The notes: a model not told the origin generated them from the sequence alone. 64,000 nt of DNA from Spirochaetia bacterium (GCA_965203055.1 OZ241863.1:4352001-4416000), one strand, 5' to 3'. Positions 8,649 through 19,666 are shown, numbered from the stretch's first letter. Numbers and translations: made by a program.

Positions 8649-9704
8649 GTGCGGCGACCGGTTCGGTTGGGTTTGATTGGCTGCGGCGGCATCGTGCGGC
8701 TCAGCCACGCGCCGGGGTACCGGGCGATTCCGGAGTTGGTGCGGGTGGCTGCGCTGGCCGATCCGGTGAGCGGCAACCTGGAGCAGGTGGGGGAGCTGCT
8801 GGCGGTGCCGCCGCAGCGGCGCTACGCCGACTACCGGGAGATGCTGGAGCAGGCCGAGCTGGATGCCGTCACCATCGCGACCCCGCACCACGTGCATGCC
8901 GAGCAGGCGATGACCGCCGCGGCCGCGGGCGCCGCGGTGATCTCGGAAAAGCCGATGGCTACCTCGGTCGAGCAGGCTGAGGAGGTGCTGGCGGCCGTGC
9001 GGCGGTACGGCGTGCCCTACGCGGTGGTGCACAACTTCCTGTTCACGCCGGGCATGGAACGGGCGCGGGCGCTGCTGGCCGGAGGCGCCGTTGGCGAGCC
9101 GTTCTTCGGGCGCGCCAAGTCGCTGTTCAACAAGACCGACGACCAGGCCGACCCGGCCACGGTGTGGCGCGCGTCGCAGGCCGCGGGCGGCGGCGCCATC
9201 AACGACACCGCCTACCACGAGATCTACCTGCTGGAGACGCTGGTGGGCTCCCCGGTGCGCTACGTCGAAGCGCGCGTGGCGACGCAGCACTTCGCCTTCG
9301 ACGTGGACGACCTGGCGCTGCTGCTGCTGGAGCATGCCAACGGCGCGCTGTCCACGGTGGCCACCTCCTGGTGCGTGCCCGGCGGCGGCGCCGGCGAGAG
9401 CGCCAACCTGGCGGAGGCGCACGGCGCGGCCGGCGGGGTGCGCGTCATGCGCCGCGGGCGCGGGCTGTGGCACTATGCGCGCGGCGCGCGGCAGTGGCAG
9501 GAGGCGGCGCTGCCGCCGCAGCCGGCCTGGGCCGAGAGCGGCCACGGGCGCTACTTCGCCGCCACCTTCGCGGCCCTGGCCAACGGCGCGCCGCCGCCGG
9601 TCGGCGGTGAGCCGGCCCTGCGCAACCTGCGCATTGTCGCCGCGGCGCGCCGCGCCGCCGCCGAACGGCGCGCCGTGGAGTTGCCGGCGCCGCCCGCCGA
9701 GTGA
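8649..9704 (+). CDS. Gfo/Idh/MocA family oxidoreductase
   Basis: GLIGCGGI Rossmann motif, IATPHHVH, SEKPMA, GGGAIND...HEIY; GTG 8649 with SD GGAGAGGGG in the hsdS tail. Confidence 0.9.
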   Translation: MRRPVRLGLIGCGGIVRLSHAPGYRAIPELVRVAALADPVSGNLEQVGELLAVPPQRRYADYREMLEQAELDAVTIATPHHVHAEQAMTAAAAGAAVISEKPMATSVEQAEEVLAAVRRYGVPYAVVHNFLFTPGMERARALLAGGAVGEPFFGRAKSLFNKTDDQADPATVWRASQAAGGGAINDTAYHEIYLLETLVGSPVRYVEARVATQHFAFDVDDLALLLLEHANGALSTVATSWCVPGGGAGESANLAEAHGAAGGVRVMRRGRGLWHYARGARQWQEAALPPQPAWAESGHGRYFAATFAALANGAPPPVGGEPALRNLRIVAAARRAAAERRAVELPAPPAE

Positions 9705-9739
9705 CTTGGCGCGTGCAGCGACGACGAGGAGGAACGACG

Positions 9740-10579
9740 ATGCGACCCTACGTCGACTGTCACAACCATATCGGACGCACCCTGAACCGGCTGCCGCCCA
9801 CCGGCCAGAGCACCGCCATGTGCCTGGCGCGCTTCGCCGAGACCAACGTCTACGCCAGCCTGTCGATGCCGACCGCCACCGGCGGCCTGATCCTGCGCGG
9901 GCTGGAAGACATCCGCGACCAGAACCGGGTGATTGCCCGCGCCCGCCGCGACTTTCCGCAGCAGGTGCCGCTGGGCTTGGCGCTGGTCGAGCCGTGCCTG
10001 GGGCCGGCGGCGGTGGATGAGGCGGAGTGGGCGCTGAGCGAGCTGGGCCTGCACGGCATCGTCTCCCATCCGCCGGTGCGCGAGGCGTGCATCCCGTTCG
10101 TGGAGATGGCCGCGGCGCGCGGCGGCCTGTGCAACGTGCACCAGCACGACGCGCTGTTCGGCGAGATCGCGCGCATGTTCCCCGGCGCCACCTTCATCAC
10201 TCACGCCAGCAGCTACGCCGCCGAGCACTTCGCCGGCCTGGATAACGTCTGGTTCGAGGTGGTGCAGTATCCTGACGAGCGCGGCAGCCGCTGGGACTTC
10301 GCCCGGCTGGCGGACAAGGTGGGCCGCGAGCGCATTCTGTTCGGCGCCGACCTGCCCTACTACGACTACCGCCTGCTGCAGCGGATCATCGAGCAGGCCC
10401 CCGTGGACGACGACCTCAAGGACCGCATTGCCTACCGCAACATGGTGGAGCTGATCCGCCGGTACAACCCGGAGTGGCAGCTCCCGGACGCCCCGCCGCA
10501 GGCGCCGCGCGTCTATGGCGCCGGCGAGCTGTGGGCCGCGGACCCGGACAAGCCGGACCGCCTGACCGTGTACGGCTAG
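9740..10579 (+). CDS. Amidohydrolase family protein (Amidohydro_2-like)
   Basis: DCHNH metal motif, ERILFGADLPY, IAYRNM; SD GAGGAGG. Confidence 0.85.
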   Translation: MRPYVDCHNHIGRTLNRLPPTGQSTAMCLARFAETNVYASLSMPTATGGLILRGLEDIRDQNRVIARARRDFPQQVPLGLALVEPCLGPAAVDEAEWALSELGLHGIVSHPPVREACIPFVEMAAARGGLCNVHQHDALFGEIARMFPGATFITHASSYAAEHFAGLDNVWFEVVQYPDERGSRWDFARLADKVGRERILFGADLPYYDYRLLQRIIEQAPVDDDLKDRIAYRNMVELIRRYNPEWQLPDAPPQAPRVYGAGELWAADPDKPDRLTVYG

Positions 10580-10650
10580 CGCGCCGCTGACGGCGCTGGC
10601 GCCGCGCCGTTTGACCGCGGCGGCCGCCGCCACTAAGGTGGGGCCGCCTG

Positions 10651-11895
10651 ATGCTGGGCGAGTTGCTGCACGATCCGATCGCGGCGATCAACGGCCATCC
10701 GCTGCTGAGCCTCGGCGTACTGATCCTCGCCGGCTATCTCCTGGGGCGCCTCTGCCAGGCGTTGCGGCTGCCCACCATCACCGGCTACATCGTCGCCGGG
10801 TTGTTGCTCAGCCACTCGGTGAGCGGCATCATCGACCGCGGTACGGTCGTGTCGCTGGGTCCGTTCACCGAGGTCGCGCTGGGCTTCATCGCGCTCACCA
10901 TCGGCGGCGAGTTCCAGCTCGCCAAGCTGCGCCGGACCGGCAGCAAGATCCTCATCATCACCCTGTTCGAAGCGGTGCTGGCCGCGCTGGTGGTGGCGCT
11001 GGCGCTGGGCCTGCTGCTGCCGTTCAGCTATGCGCTGCTGCTGGGCGCCATCGCGGCCGCCACGGCGCCGGCCGCCACCGTGGTGATCGTCCGCGAGCTG
11101 CGCGCCCGCGGCGAGTTCATCGACTACCTGTTCGGGGTGGTCGCCTTCGACGACGCGGTGAGCGTACTCCTGTTCTCCATCGGCTTCGCCGCGGTCACGC
11201 CGCTCCTGGCCGGCGCCGGCGGAAGCGGCCCGCAGGTGCTGGCTGCGCTTGGCGGCGGGCTGGCCGAAATCGGGCTGTCGGCGGTGTCCGGGGCGCTGGC
11301 GGCGCTGGCAATGCACGCGGCCGCCGGCGGCCGCAAGCGCGCCGGCGAGGTGCTGCTGATCACCCTCGGCGTCCTGTTCCTGACCACGGCGCTGGTCACC
11401 GCGCTGGGGCTGTCGGCGCTCATCGCCAACATGGTTGCCGGCTTCCTGCTGGTCAACCTGGCCCCCCGCAACCGCCGCATCTTCGCCTCGTTCGAGCCGC
11501 TCACGCCGCCGGTCTTCGCGCTGTTCTTCATTCTGGCGGGCGCCGAACTGGATCTCGGCGTGTTCAGCCGGGGACTGGTGGTACTCCTGGGGGTGGTCTA
11601 TCTGGCGGCCCGCTTCGGCGGCAAGGCGGCGGGAGTGACGCTGGGCGCGCTGCTGGTGCGCGCGCCGGCCGCGGTGCGCCGCTACCTGAGCTTTTGCCTG
11701 TTTCCGCAGGCCGGGGTGGCGATCGGGCTGGCGCTGGTGGTGCAGAGTTCGCCGTTGTTCAGCGCCGCGCCGGAGGCGGTGCGGGAGATGTTGCGGATGC
11801 TCGTCAACGTGGTGCTGTTCAGCGTCTTCGTGAACGAACTGATCGGGCCGCTCATCTCGCGCTATGGGATCCTGCGCGGCGCCAGGCGCGGGTAG
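10651..11895 (+). CDS. Cation:proton antiporter (CPA2-like)
   Basis: LPTITGYIVAGLLL, AAATAPAAT, VVAFDDA, FFILAGAEL, PQAGVAIGLA; multiple TM helices. Confidence 0.88.
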   Translation: MLGELLHDPIAAINGHPLLSLGVLILAGYLLGRLCQALRLPTITGYIVAGLLLSHSVSGIIDRGTVVSLGPFTEVALGFIALTIGGEFQLAKLRRTGSKILIITLFEAVLAALVVALALGLLLPFSYALLLGAIAAATAPAATVVIVRELRARGEFIDYLFGVVAFDDAVSVLLFSIGFAAVTPLLAGAGGSGPQVLAALGGGLAEIGLSAVSGALAALAMHAAAGGRKRAGEVLLITLGVLFLTTALVTALGLSALIANMVAGFLLVNLAPRNRRIFASFEPLTPPVFALFFILAGAELDLGVFSRGLVVLLGVVYLAARFGGKAAGVTLGALLVRAPAAVRRYLSFCLFPQAGVAIGLALVVQSSPLFSAAPEAVREMLRMLVNVVLFSVFVNELIGPLISRYGILRGARRG

Positions 11896-11923
11896 CGGCA
11901 TGAAACGGACGGAGGGGGAGCCG

Positions 11924-12745
11924 ATGGAACTTGCCGGAATACTGGATCAACGGCGCTGCACGGTGGCGCTGCAGGCGAAGACCAAGCAGGAGTGTCTGGA
12001 AGAGTTGGCCGCGCTGATGGCGGCCACCGATCTCGGGGTGCCGCGGGACGCGCTGCTGGCCGCGCTGCACGAGCGCGAGGCGCTCGGATCGACGGGTTTC
12101 GAGCACGGCGTCGCCATTCCGCATGCGCGGCTGCCCGGCCAGGTGCCGTTCGCCCTGGGTGTGGCGGTGTCGCCGGGCGGCGTGGACTACGCCAGCTCGG
12201 ACGGCTTGCGCAGCACGCTGTTCTTCGTGCTGGTGGGCCCGGAAGAATCATCCACCGAGTATCTGCGCTACCTGGCGCACATCTCCCGGGTCGGGCTCAA
12301 CCGGACCGCGCGGGACGAGATCAGCGCGGCGCCCACGCCCGCCGCGCTGCACGCCGCGGTGAGCGCGCATCTGACGCCGGTGACTCCCGCCGCGGCGGGC
12401 GCCGGCAGCGGGCGGAAGCTGCTGATCATCGTGCTGTACGAGCTGCGCTTCCTGGACGAGGTGGTGACCCTGTTCCTGGAGCGCGGCATCCAGGGGGCGA
12501 CCATCACCGAGTCCACGGGGGTAAAGAACGTCCTGTCCAACGTGCCGCTGTTCAGTGACTTCCTCAACTTCCTCGGCGACCGCCACGAGGCCAGCCGCAC
12601 CATCATGGCGGTGGTGCAGGCGCGCGAGGTGCACCCGCTGGTGGTCGATCTGGAACAGATCATCGGCGATCTGGACACCCACCGCGGCGCGGCGGTGCTG
12701 GCCGTCGACCTGTGGTACAGCAAGGGCTCGCTGGAAGCAGGCTGA
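11924..12745 (+). CDS. PTS EIIA(Ntr/Fru)-like domain fused to a C-terminal P-II-like domain
   Basis: REALGSTGFEHGVAIPHAR (phospho-His motif); C-terminus KLLIIVL...GIQGATITESTG...SRTIMAVV; SD GGAGGGGGAG. Confidence 0.75.
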   Translation: MELAGILDQRRCTVALQAKTKQECLEELAALMAATDLGVPRDALLAALHEREALGSTGFEHGVAIPHARLPGQVPFALGVAVSPGGVDYASSDGLRSTLFFVLVGPEESSTEYLRYLAHISRVGLNRTARDEISAAPTPAALHAAVSAHLTPVTPAAAGAGSGRKLLIIVLYELRFLDEVVTLFLERGIQGATITESTGVKNVLSNVPLFSDFLNFLGDRHEASRTIMAVVQAREVHPLVVDLEQIIGDLDTHRGAAVLAVDLWYSKGSLEAG

Positions 12746-12875
12746 CGCGGCGCCCGCCGCGCGCGGTCCCGCTCGGGGCTGCGCTGCCGCGAAACCGGAC
12801 CGTTGCGCGCGAGCGGTTGCCCGTGCCCGGCGGGTCGATTTTGTTCGCTCGTCGGACTAAGATGAGGCGGTCACC

Positions 12876-14318
12876 ATGGCGACGGAAATCGTAATGCCGC
12901 GGCAGGGGCAGTCGGTGGAGGCGTGCACCATCGTGCGCTGGCTCAAGCAGCCCGGCGAGAACGTCGGAACCGGCGACGTGCTGTGCGAGATAGAGACCGA
13001 CAAGGCCGCCTTCGAGGTGGAGTCCACTGCCGCCGGCACCCTGCTGGCCCAGTTCGTCCCGGAGGGGGAGGAGGTGCCGGTGCTTACCCCCATCGCTGTC
13101 GTGGGCGAGCCCGGTGAGGACGTGCCCGCGCCGGCCGCGGCCGGCGCGGGCGGCGGCGCCTTGCCGCCCGCAGGCGCGGGCCGGCCGCCGGCAGCGCATC
13201 CCGCGGCGGCGCCGGAGCCGGTGGCCGCCGCGCTTCCCGGCCAGGCGGCCGCCGTTCCCGCGCCCGCCGCCGCCGATTCGGCGCCGGCGCGCCGCGGCGG
13301 CCCGGCCAGCTCGCCGCGCGCCCGCCGGCGGGCCGGGGAGCTGGGCGTTGACTACACCGCCCTGAGCGGCAGCGGGCCGGGCGGGCGCATCATCGAGCGC
13401 GACGTGGTCGCCGCGGCCGCGGCGCGCCCGGCGCTCACCGCGGCCGCCCGCGCGGCTGCGGCCGGCGGCAGCCCGGTTCCCGCGGCCGGTAGCGGCATCG
13501 GCGGTCGCGTTACCCTGGCGGACATGGAAGCGGCGGCTGCCCCGCAGGCGGAAGCCGCGGCGGCGGCCGCGGCCCCGGCCGCCGCCGCGCAGCAGGTGAC
13601 GACCGTCCCGGTCACCGGCGTGCGCAAGCTGATCAGCGAGCGCATGCGGCAATCGCTGCTCGACAGCGCCCAGCTCACCATGCACGCCAGCGCGGATGCG
13701 GAAGCGCTGGTGGCGTACCGCGCCCGCCTCAAGAACAGCGCGGAACACCTCCAGCTCCGGCACGTGACGATCAACGACCTCATCCTGTTCGCCGCGGCGC
13801 GCACCCTGCCGCAGTTTCCGGAGCTCAACGCGGTGGTGCGCAGCGACGGCGCCGGCGATCACGTAGAGCGGCATCGCGCCGTGCGCCTGGCGTTCGCGGT
13901 CGATACCGAGCGCGGCCTGATGGTGCCGGTCATCGCCGCGGCCGAGCGCCTCTCCATTGCCGCGCTTGCCGGCCGCGCCCACGAGCTGGCGGCGGCGGCC
14001 CAGGCCGGCTCCATCAGTCCCGACCTGCTGCAGGGCGGCACCTTTACCGTGACCAACCTCGGAGCCCTCGGCGTGGAGAGCTTCACGCCGATCCTCAATC
14101 TGCCGCAGGTGGCGATTCTGGGGGTGGGAGCGCTGGTGCTGAAGCCGGCGGCGGCCGATCTGGCTCAGCCCGGCGCGCTGCGGCAGGTCAGCTACCGGCG
14201 TCACCTCGGCCTGTCGCTGACCATCGATCACCGGATGGTGGACGGCGCCCCGGCGGCCCGCTTCCTGCAGGCATTGGCGGCAGCCATCGCCGACCTCGAC
14301 CTGCTCGCGGCGCGGTAG
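12876..14318 (+). CDS. 2-oxoacid dehydrogenase E2 (dihydrolipoamide acyltransferase)
   Basis: Lipoyl motif IETDKA, E3-binding ASSPRARR...GSGPGGRI, catalytic DHRMVDGA. Confidence 0.95.
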   Translation: MATEIVMPRQGQSVEACTIVRWLKQPGENVGTGDVLCEIETDKAAFEVESTAAGTLLAQFVPEGEEVPVLTPIAVVGEPGEDVPAPAAAGAGGGALPPAGAGRPPAAHPAAAPEPVAAALPGQAAAVPAPAAADSAPARRGGPASSPRARRRAGELGVDYTALSGSGPGGRIIERDVVAAAAARPALTAAARAAAAGGSPVPAAGSGIGGRVTLADMEAAAAPQAEAAAAAAAPAAAAQQVTTVPVTGVRKLISERMRQSLLDSAQLTMHASADAEALVAYRARLKNSAEHLQLRHVTINDLILFAAARTLPQFPELNAVVRSDGAGDHVERHRAVRLAFAVDTERGLMVPVIAAAERLSIAALAGRAHELAAAAQAGSISPDLLQGGTFTVTNLGALGVESFTPILNLPQVAILGVGALVLKPAAADLAQPGALRQVSYRRHLGLSLTIDHRMVDGAPAARFLQALAAAIADLDLLAAR

Positions 14319-14372
14319 TGGCGCAACCACGGATGCGGCGCGCGCGGCGGTGCGGATGACGGAACGGCGGCG

Positions 14373-15749
14373 ATGAGTGACTTCGACGTGGCGGTGGTGG
14401 GCGGCGGCCCCGGCGGCTACGTGGCCGCGGAACGGGCCGCGGCGCGCGGCCTGCGCACGGCGCTGGTGGAACGCGAACATCTCGGCGGGGTGTGTCTCAA
14501 CTCCGGCTGCATCCCCACCAAGACCCTGATCCACTCGGCCAAGCTGTTGCAGCAGGCGCGCCACGGCGCCGCCTACGGCGTTACGGTGGAGGGCGCCCGC
14601 TACGACCTGAGCGCCGCCATGGCGTGGAAGGAGGCGGTCACCGCGCGCCTGCGTTCCGGGGTGGCGGCGCAGATGGAGCGCCGCGGGGTCACCGTGGAAG
14701 CCGGCAGCGCGCGCCTGACCGGCCGCGGCCGGTTGACGGTGGACGGCCGCGAGCTGGGCGCCCGCCACGTCATCATCGCGACCGGATCGCGCAGCGCCCG
14801 CCCTCCCATCCCCGGCGCCGGCCTTCCGCACGTGGTGGACAGCGCCGGCGCGCTGCAGTTGGAGCACCTGCCGGCGCGCGTGGTGATCGTCGGCGGCGGC
14901 TACATCGGGATGGAGTTTGCCAGCTATTTCCACGCGGTCGGCGCCGAGGTGGTGGTGGTGGAGCTGCTGGAGGAGATTCTGGCGGGCGTGGACGGCGACT
15001 TGGTGCGCCAACTCAAGAGCGCGCTGCCGGGGGTCGCCTGGCATCCGGGGTCGCGGGTGACCGCGATCAACGCCTCCGGGGTGACGGTCGAGACGCCGGC
15101 CGGTGAGCGGGAGGAGGCCGCCGACCTAGTGCTGCTGGCCACCGGCCGCGTCCCCAACACGGCCGGGTTGGGGCTGGAGGCGGTTGGCGCGCTGTTCAAC
15201 CGCCGCGGCATCACGGTGGACCAGTTCATGCGCACCAACGTGGCCGGCCTCTACGCCGTCGGCGACGTGACCGGCCGCTCGCTGCTCGCGCACGCCGCCT
15301 CGCGCATGGGCGAGGTCGCGGCGGACGTCATTGCCGGGGGGCGTCCGGGCAGCAACCGGATGCGCTATCACGCCGTGCCGTGGGTGGTGTACACCTTGCC
15401 CGAGATCGCCGGCGTCGGCCTGTCGGAACAGGCCGCGCGCGCCGCCGGCCGCCGCGTCAAGGCGGCCCGCCTGCCGCTGGCCGCCAACGGCCGCTTCCTG
15501 GCCGAGCACCTGGCGCCGGCCGGCCGCGGGCAGCCGACTCCACGCGGCCTGGTCAAGGTGATCGTGGACGCCGACAGCCACGTGCTGCTCGGCGCGCACA
15601 TGATCGGCACCCCTGCTTCCGAGATCATCTTCGGCGCCGCCGCCATGATCGAGGCCGAGTTGCGGGTAGAGGAGCTGCGCGAAATCGTGTTCCCCCACCC
15701 CACCGTATCGGAGGCCCTGCGCGACGTACTCTGGGAGGTGGATCTGTAG
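14373..15749 (+). CDS. lpdA: Dihydrolipoyl dehydrogenase (E3)
   Basis: [29 protein letters not shown]. Confidence 0.95.
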   Translation: MSDFDVAVVGGGPGGYVAAERAAARGLRTALVEREHLGGVCLNSGCIPTKTLIHSAKLLQQARHGAAYGVTVEGARYDLSAAMAWKEAVTARLRSGVAAQMERRGVTVEAGSARLTGRGRLTVDGRELGARHVIIATGSRSARPPIPGAGLPHVVDSAGALQLEHLPARVVIVGGGYIGMEFASYFHAVGAEVVVVELLEEILAGVDGDLVRQLKSALPGVAWHPGSRVTAINASGVTVETPAGEREEAADLVLLATGRVPNTAGLGLEAVGALFNRRGITVDQFMRTNVAGLYAVGDVTGRSLLAHAASRMGEVAADVIAGGRPGSNRMRYHAVPWVVYTLPEIAGVGLSEQAARAAGRRVKAARLPLAANGRFLAEHLAPAGRGQPTPRGLVKVIVDADSHVLLGAHMIGTPASEIIFGAAAMIEAELRVEELREIVFPHPTVSEALRDVLWEVDL

Positions 15750-15751
15750 CG

Positions 15752-18217
15752 ATGCCGAAGTCGATGGTGGTGGCGCCGGAGCAGGTGCGGGGGGCGGGGT
15801 GGCTGGAAACCGCGCCGATTCCGCTGAATCAGTACCGCCCGGACGCGGCGGCGGAGCGGGAACGCTGGGGGGCCGAAGCGTTGCGCGAGGTCTACGCCGA
15901 CATGGTGACGATCCGCGCCTTCGAGAGCATGCTCGGCGACATCAAGACGCAGGGCTCGTTCCGCGGCATCGAATATGAGCATCCGGGCGCCGCCCACCTG
16001 TCGATCGGCCAGGAAGCGGCGGTGGTGGGCCTGTGTCTGCCGCTGGCGCCGGAGGATCTGATCTTCGGGTCGCACCGCAGCCACGGCGAGATCCTCGCCA
16101 AGTGCGCGCGCGCGATCCGTTCGCTGCCGGAAGCCGAGCTGCAGCGCACCATGGAAGCCTATCTCGAAGGCGCCGTGCTGCGCGTCATCGAACCCGCGGC
16201 GCAGTGGGATTCGGTGCGGGAACTGGCGCGTCACTTCATCCTCTACGGCGTGCTGGCGGAAATCTTCGCGCGCACCACCGGCCTGAACCGCGGGCTCGGC
16301 GGCTCCATGCACGCCTTCTTCGCGCCGTTCGGAAGCATGCCCAACAACGCCATCGTCGGCGGCTCGGCCCCCATCGCCGCCGGCGCGGCGCTGTTCAAGC
16401 GCTGCAACCGCCGGCCCGGAATCGTGGTCGCCAATATCGGCGACGCCGCGGCCGGCTGCGGGCCGACCTGGGAAGCGATCACCTTCGCCGCCATGGAGCA
16501 GTATCGGACGTTGTGGGATCCGGAGCTGGGCGGTGCCCCGCCGATGTTGTTCAACTTCCTCAACAACTTCTACGGCATGGGCGGCCAGACCGCGGGCGAG
16601 ACCATGGGTTTCGAGGTGCTGGCGCGGGTCGGCGCCGGGGTCAACGCCGAGGGGCTGCACGCCGAACGGGTGGACGGCTACAACCCGCTGGCGGTAGCCG
16701 CCGCGGTAGCCGCCAAACGCCAACTCCTGCAGGCGGGGCGCGGCCCGGCGCTGCTCGACACGGTCACCTACCGGCTGGCCGGGCACTCGCCCTCCGACGC
16801 CGCTTCCTACCGGACCCGCGAGGAGCTGGCGCGCTGGCAGGAGGCGGACTGCGTGGCCGGCTACGGCCGCTATCTGGAGCGGCACGGCCTGGCCGCCGCG
16901 GCCGAGCTGGAGCAGGAGCAGGCGCGCGCCGCCGCCAGTATGGAACTGGTATGCCGGCTGGCGGTGTCGCCGGACCATTCGCCGCGGCCGGACCGCGAGG
17001 CGCGGCTGATCGCCGGGGTGATGTTCTCCAACCGGTCGCGCGCCGCGCTTGCCGAGGGGGAGCCGGAGCTGGCCGGCTCCCTGGCCGACAACCCGCGCGC
17101 CGCGGCGATTGCCCGGCGCTCGCGCAGCGCCCTTGGCCCGGACGGCAAGCCGCTGCCGCGGTCGCGGGTGGTGTCGTTGCGCGACGCCCTGTTCGAGGCG
17201 CTGGCCTACCGCTTTACCGTCGACCCCACGCTGGTCGCCTACGGTGAGGAGAACCGGGACTGGGGCGGGGCGTTCGCGGTGTACCGCGGCCTCACCGAGT
17301 TGCTGCCCTATCACCGCCTGTTCAACTCCCCCATCTCGGAGGCGGCGATCGTCGGCAGCGCGGTCGGCTACGCCATGAGCGGCGGGCGCGTGGTGGTGGA
17401 GCTGATGTACTGCGACTTCATCGGCCGCGCCGGCGACGAGATCCTCAATCAGATGGCCAAGTGGCAGGCCATGTCCGCCGGCGTGCTGCAACTGCCGCTG
17501 GTGCTGCGGGTGTCGGTCGGCAACCGCTACGGCGCGCAGCACTCCCAGGACTGGTCCTCGCTGTTGAGCCACGTCCCCGGCCTGAAGGTGTATTTCCCGG
17601 CCACCCCCTATGACGCCAAGGGGATGCTCAACCGCGCCCTGCAGGGCACTGACCCGGTGATCTTCTTCGAGAGCCAGCGGTTGTACGACTACGGCGAGGA
17701 CTTCGTGGCCGGCGGGGTGCCGGTGGAGTACTACGAAGTGGAGGAAGGCCTCCCGGCGTTGCGCCGCGCCGGTGACGATCTCACCATCGTGACCATCGGG
17801 GCGGCGCTGTACCGCGCCCTGGAAGCGGCCGACGAGCTGCGGTCCGCCCACGGAATCGACGCCGAGGTTTTCGACGCGCGCTTTCTCAACCCGTTGGATC
17901 TGCGGCCGATCGCCGATTCGGTGCGCAAGACCGGGCGCGTGGTGCTGGCCTCCGACGCCTGCGAGCGCGGCAGCTTTCTGCACACCGTCGCCTCCAACCT
18001 GACCCGGCTCTGCTTCGAACACCTGGACGCCCCGCCGGTGGTGGTGGGGGCGCGCAACTGGATCACGCCCGGCGCCGAGCTGGAGCAGGCGTTCTTTCCC
18101 CAGAAGGACTGGATCCTGGACGCCATCCACGAGGAACTGCTGCCGCTGGCCGGACACGCCAGCCGCACCGACCCGACTCGCGGCGAACTCACCGCCCGCG
18201 CGCGCGCCGGGATCTAG
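15752..18217 (+). CDS. Fused E1 alpha/beta subunit of a 2-oxoacid (or acetoin-like) dehydrogenase
   Basis: [23 protein letters not shown] motif GDAA...NNFYG, YRLAGHS; beta part [18 protein letters not shown]. Confidence 0.9.
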   Translation: MPKSMVVAPEQVRGAGWLETAPIPLNQYRPDAAAERERWGAEALREVYADMVTIRAFESMLGDIKTQGSFRGIEYEHPGAAHLSIGQEAAVVGLCLPLAPEDLIFGSHRSHGEILAKCARAIRSLPEAELQRTMEAYLEGAVLRVIEPAAQWDSVRELARHFILYGVLAEIFARTTGLNRGLGGSMHAFFAPFGSMPNNAIVGGSAPIAAGAALFKRCNRRPGIVVANIGDAAAGCGPTWEAITFAAMEQYRTLWDPELGGAPPMLFNFLNNFYGMGGQTAGETMGFEVLARVGAGVNAEGLHAERVDGYNPLAVAAAVAAKRQLLQAGRGPALLDTVTYRLAGHSPSDAASYRTREELARWQEADCVAGYGRYLERHGLAAAAELEQEQARAAASMELVCRLAVSPDHSPRPDREARLIAGVMFSNRSRAALAEGEPELAGSLADNPRAAAIARRSRSALGPDGKPLPRSRVVSLRDALFEALAYRFTVDPTLVAYGEENRDWGGAFAVYRGLTELLPYHRLFNSPISEAAIVGSAVGYAMSGGRVVVELMYCDFIGRAGDEILNQMAKWQAMSAGVLQLPLVLRVSVGNRYGAQHSQDWSSLLSHVPGLKVYFPATPYDAKGMLNRALQGTDPVIFFESQRLYDYGEDFVAGGVPVEYYEVEEGLPALRRAGDDLTIVTIGAALYRALEAADELRSAHGIDAEVFDARFLNPLDLRPIADSVRKTGRVVLASDACERGSFLHTVASNLTRLCFEHLDAPPVVVGARNWITPGAELEQAFFPQKDWILDAIHEELLPLAGHASRTDPTRGELTARARAGI

Positions 18218-18221
18218 TTCA

Positions 18222-19190
18222 GTGAGCGCGGGCCGAACCGCGGCGGGCGCGTTTCAGGTAATGCGGACGCAGGCGTTCGAGCGCATCGCTCGGCTGGTGG
18301 GCGATACGCCGCTGGTGGAGGTCTCCCAGTCGGTGGCGTCGGCCCGGATCCTGGCCAAGCTGGAGTACTACAATCCCAGCGGCTCGGTGAAGGACCGCGC
18401 CGCCAAGGCGATGCTGGAGGCCGCGCTGGCGGCGGGCGCGCTCGCCGGCCGTACCATCCTCGAAGCCACCAGCGGCAACACCGGCATTGCGCTGGCCATG
18501 TTCGGCAGCGCCCTGGGGCTGCCGGTGGAGTTGGTGATGCCGGCCAACGTCACCCCCGAGCGCAAGCGGATCATCGCCAACTACGGCGCGCGCTCCATCT
18601 TCACCTCCAACCTGGAGGGCACCGACGGCGCGCAGCGCCGGGCGGCCGCGCTGGCCGGCGCCCATCCCGAGCGCTACTTCTATCCCGATCAATACAACAA
18701 CGAGCACAACTGGCGCGCCCACTACCGCGCCACCGGGCCGGAGATCTGGCGCCAGTCGCACGGCGCCGTTACCCACTTCGTCGCCGGCCTGGGCACCAGC
18801 GGCAGCTTCGTCGGCACCGCCCGCTACCTGCGCGAACGCGGGGTGCGCTGCGTTGCCGTGCAACCTGACAATCCGATTCACGGGCTGGAAGGCTGGAAGC
18901 ACATGCCGACGGCGCGGGTGCCGGGAATCTACGACCCCGCCGCAGCCGACGAGGTGCTCGAAGCGGATACCGAGATGGCGTACCGCTATGCCATCGCCGC
19001 GGGCCGCTATCTCGGCTACGCGCTGAGTCCCAGCGCGGCCGCCAACCTGTGGGGGGCGCTGGAGGTCGCCCGCAGCGCGTCCGGCGCGGTGGTGGTCACC
19101 CTGTTTCCCGATAATTCGCTGAAGTACCTCGACGACCCGTACTGGGGGAACGATGACTACGTTACCGAAGACCCTTTTCACCGAAATTGA
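18222..19190 (+). CDS. cysM: PLP-dependent cysteine synthase family protein (CysM-like)
   Basis: VGDTPLV, KLEYYNPSGSVKDR, EATSGNTG, GLGTSGS; alternative start ATG 18261. Confidence 0.85.
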   Translation: MSAGRTAAGAFQVMRTQAFERIARLVGDTPLVEVSQSVASARILAKLEYYNPSGSVKDRAAKAMLEAALAAGALAGRTILEATSGNTGIALAMFGSALGLPVELVMPANVTPERKRIIANYGARSIFTSNLEGTDGAQRRAAALAGAHPERYFYPDQYNNEHNWRAHYRATGPEIWRQSHGAVTHFVAGLGTSGSFVGTARYLRERGVRCVAVQPDNPIHGLEGWKHMPTARVPGIYDPAAADEVLEADTEMAYRYAIAAGRYLGYALSPSAAANLWGALEVARSASGAVVVTLFPDNSLKYLDDPYWGNDDYVTEDPFHRN

Positions 19191-19605
19191 GCGGCACGCC
19201 CGCGAAGCATATCCCGAAGAGTGCGTCGGCGCCCTGATCGGGAGCGTGGCTGAGGGGAGCGGGGAGGGGAAGACCCGCACCGTCGAACGGCTGTTTCCCA
19301 TTGACAACCGCTCCGCTGCCAACCGCGAACGCCGCTACCTGGTGTCGCCCCGCGACTATCTGGCGGCCGAGCGCGCGGCCGACGCCGCCGGCAAGATTCT
19401 GCTCGGGTTCTATCACTCCCACCCGGAGCATCCGGCGCGCCCCAGCGCCACCGACCTGGACCTGGCCCAGCCCAACTTCGTCTACGTCATCGTGTCGATC
19501 AGCCGCACCGGCAGCGCGGCTCCGCGCACGGTCGCCGCCGGCGCCTTCCTGCTCGAACCGGAGCGCACCGGCTTCGCCGCCGACGAGCTGATGACCCCGG
19601 ATTGA
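19153..19605 (+). CDS. mec: JAMM/MPN+ metallopeptidase (Mec-like CysO-cysteine peptidase)
   Basis: YPEECVG and FYHSHP...PSATD JAMM motif; overlaps cysM by 38 nt. Confidence 0.8.
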   Translation: MTTLPKTLFTEIERHAREAYPEECVGALIGSVAEGSGEGKTRTVERLFPIDNRSAANRERRYLVSPRDYLAAERAADAAGKILLGFYHSHPEHPARPSATDLDLAQPNFVYVIVSISRTGSAAPRTVAAGAFLLEPERTGFAADELMTPD

Positions 19606-19666
19606 TGAGACTTCCCGGCTGCCGGCGGGGCGCCGCCCGGCTCCGGGACAGATAACCCGCCCGCTC

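Noticed and set aside
19153..19605. JAB domain as part of CBASS or a ubiquitin-like defence system
   Set aside because: No cyclase or E1/E2 gene; overlaps cysM as expected for Mec.
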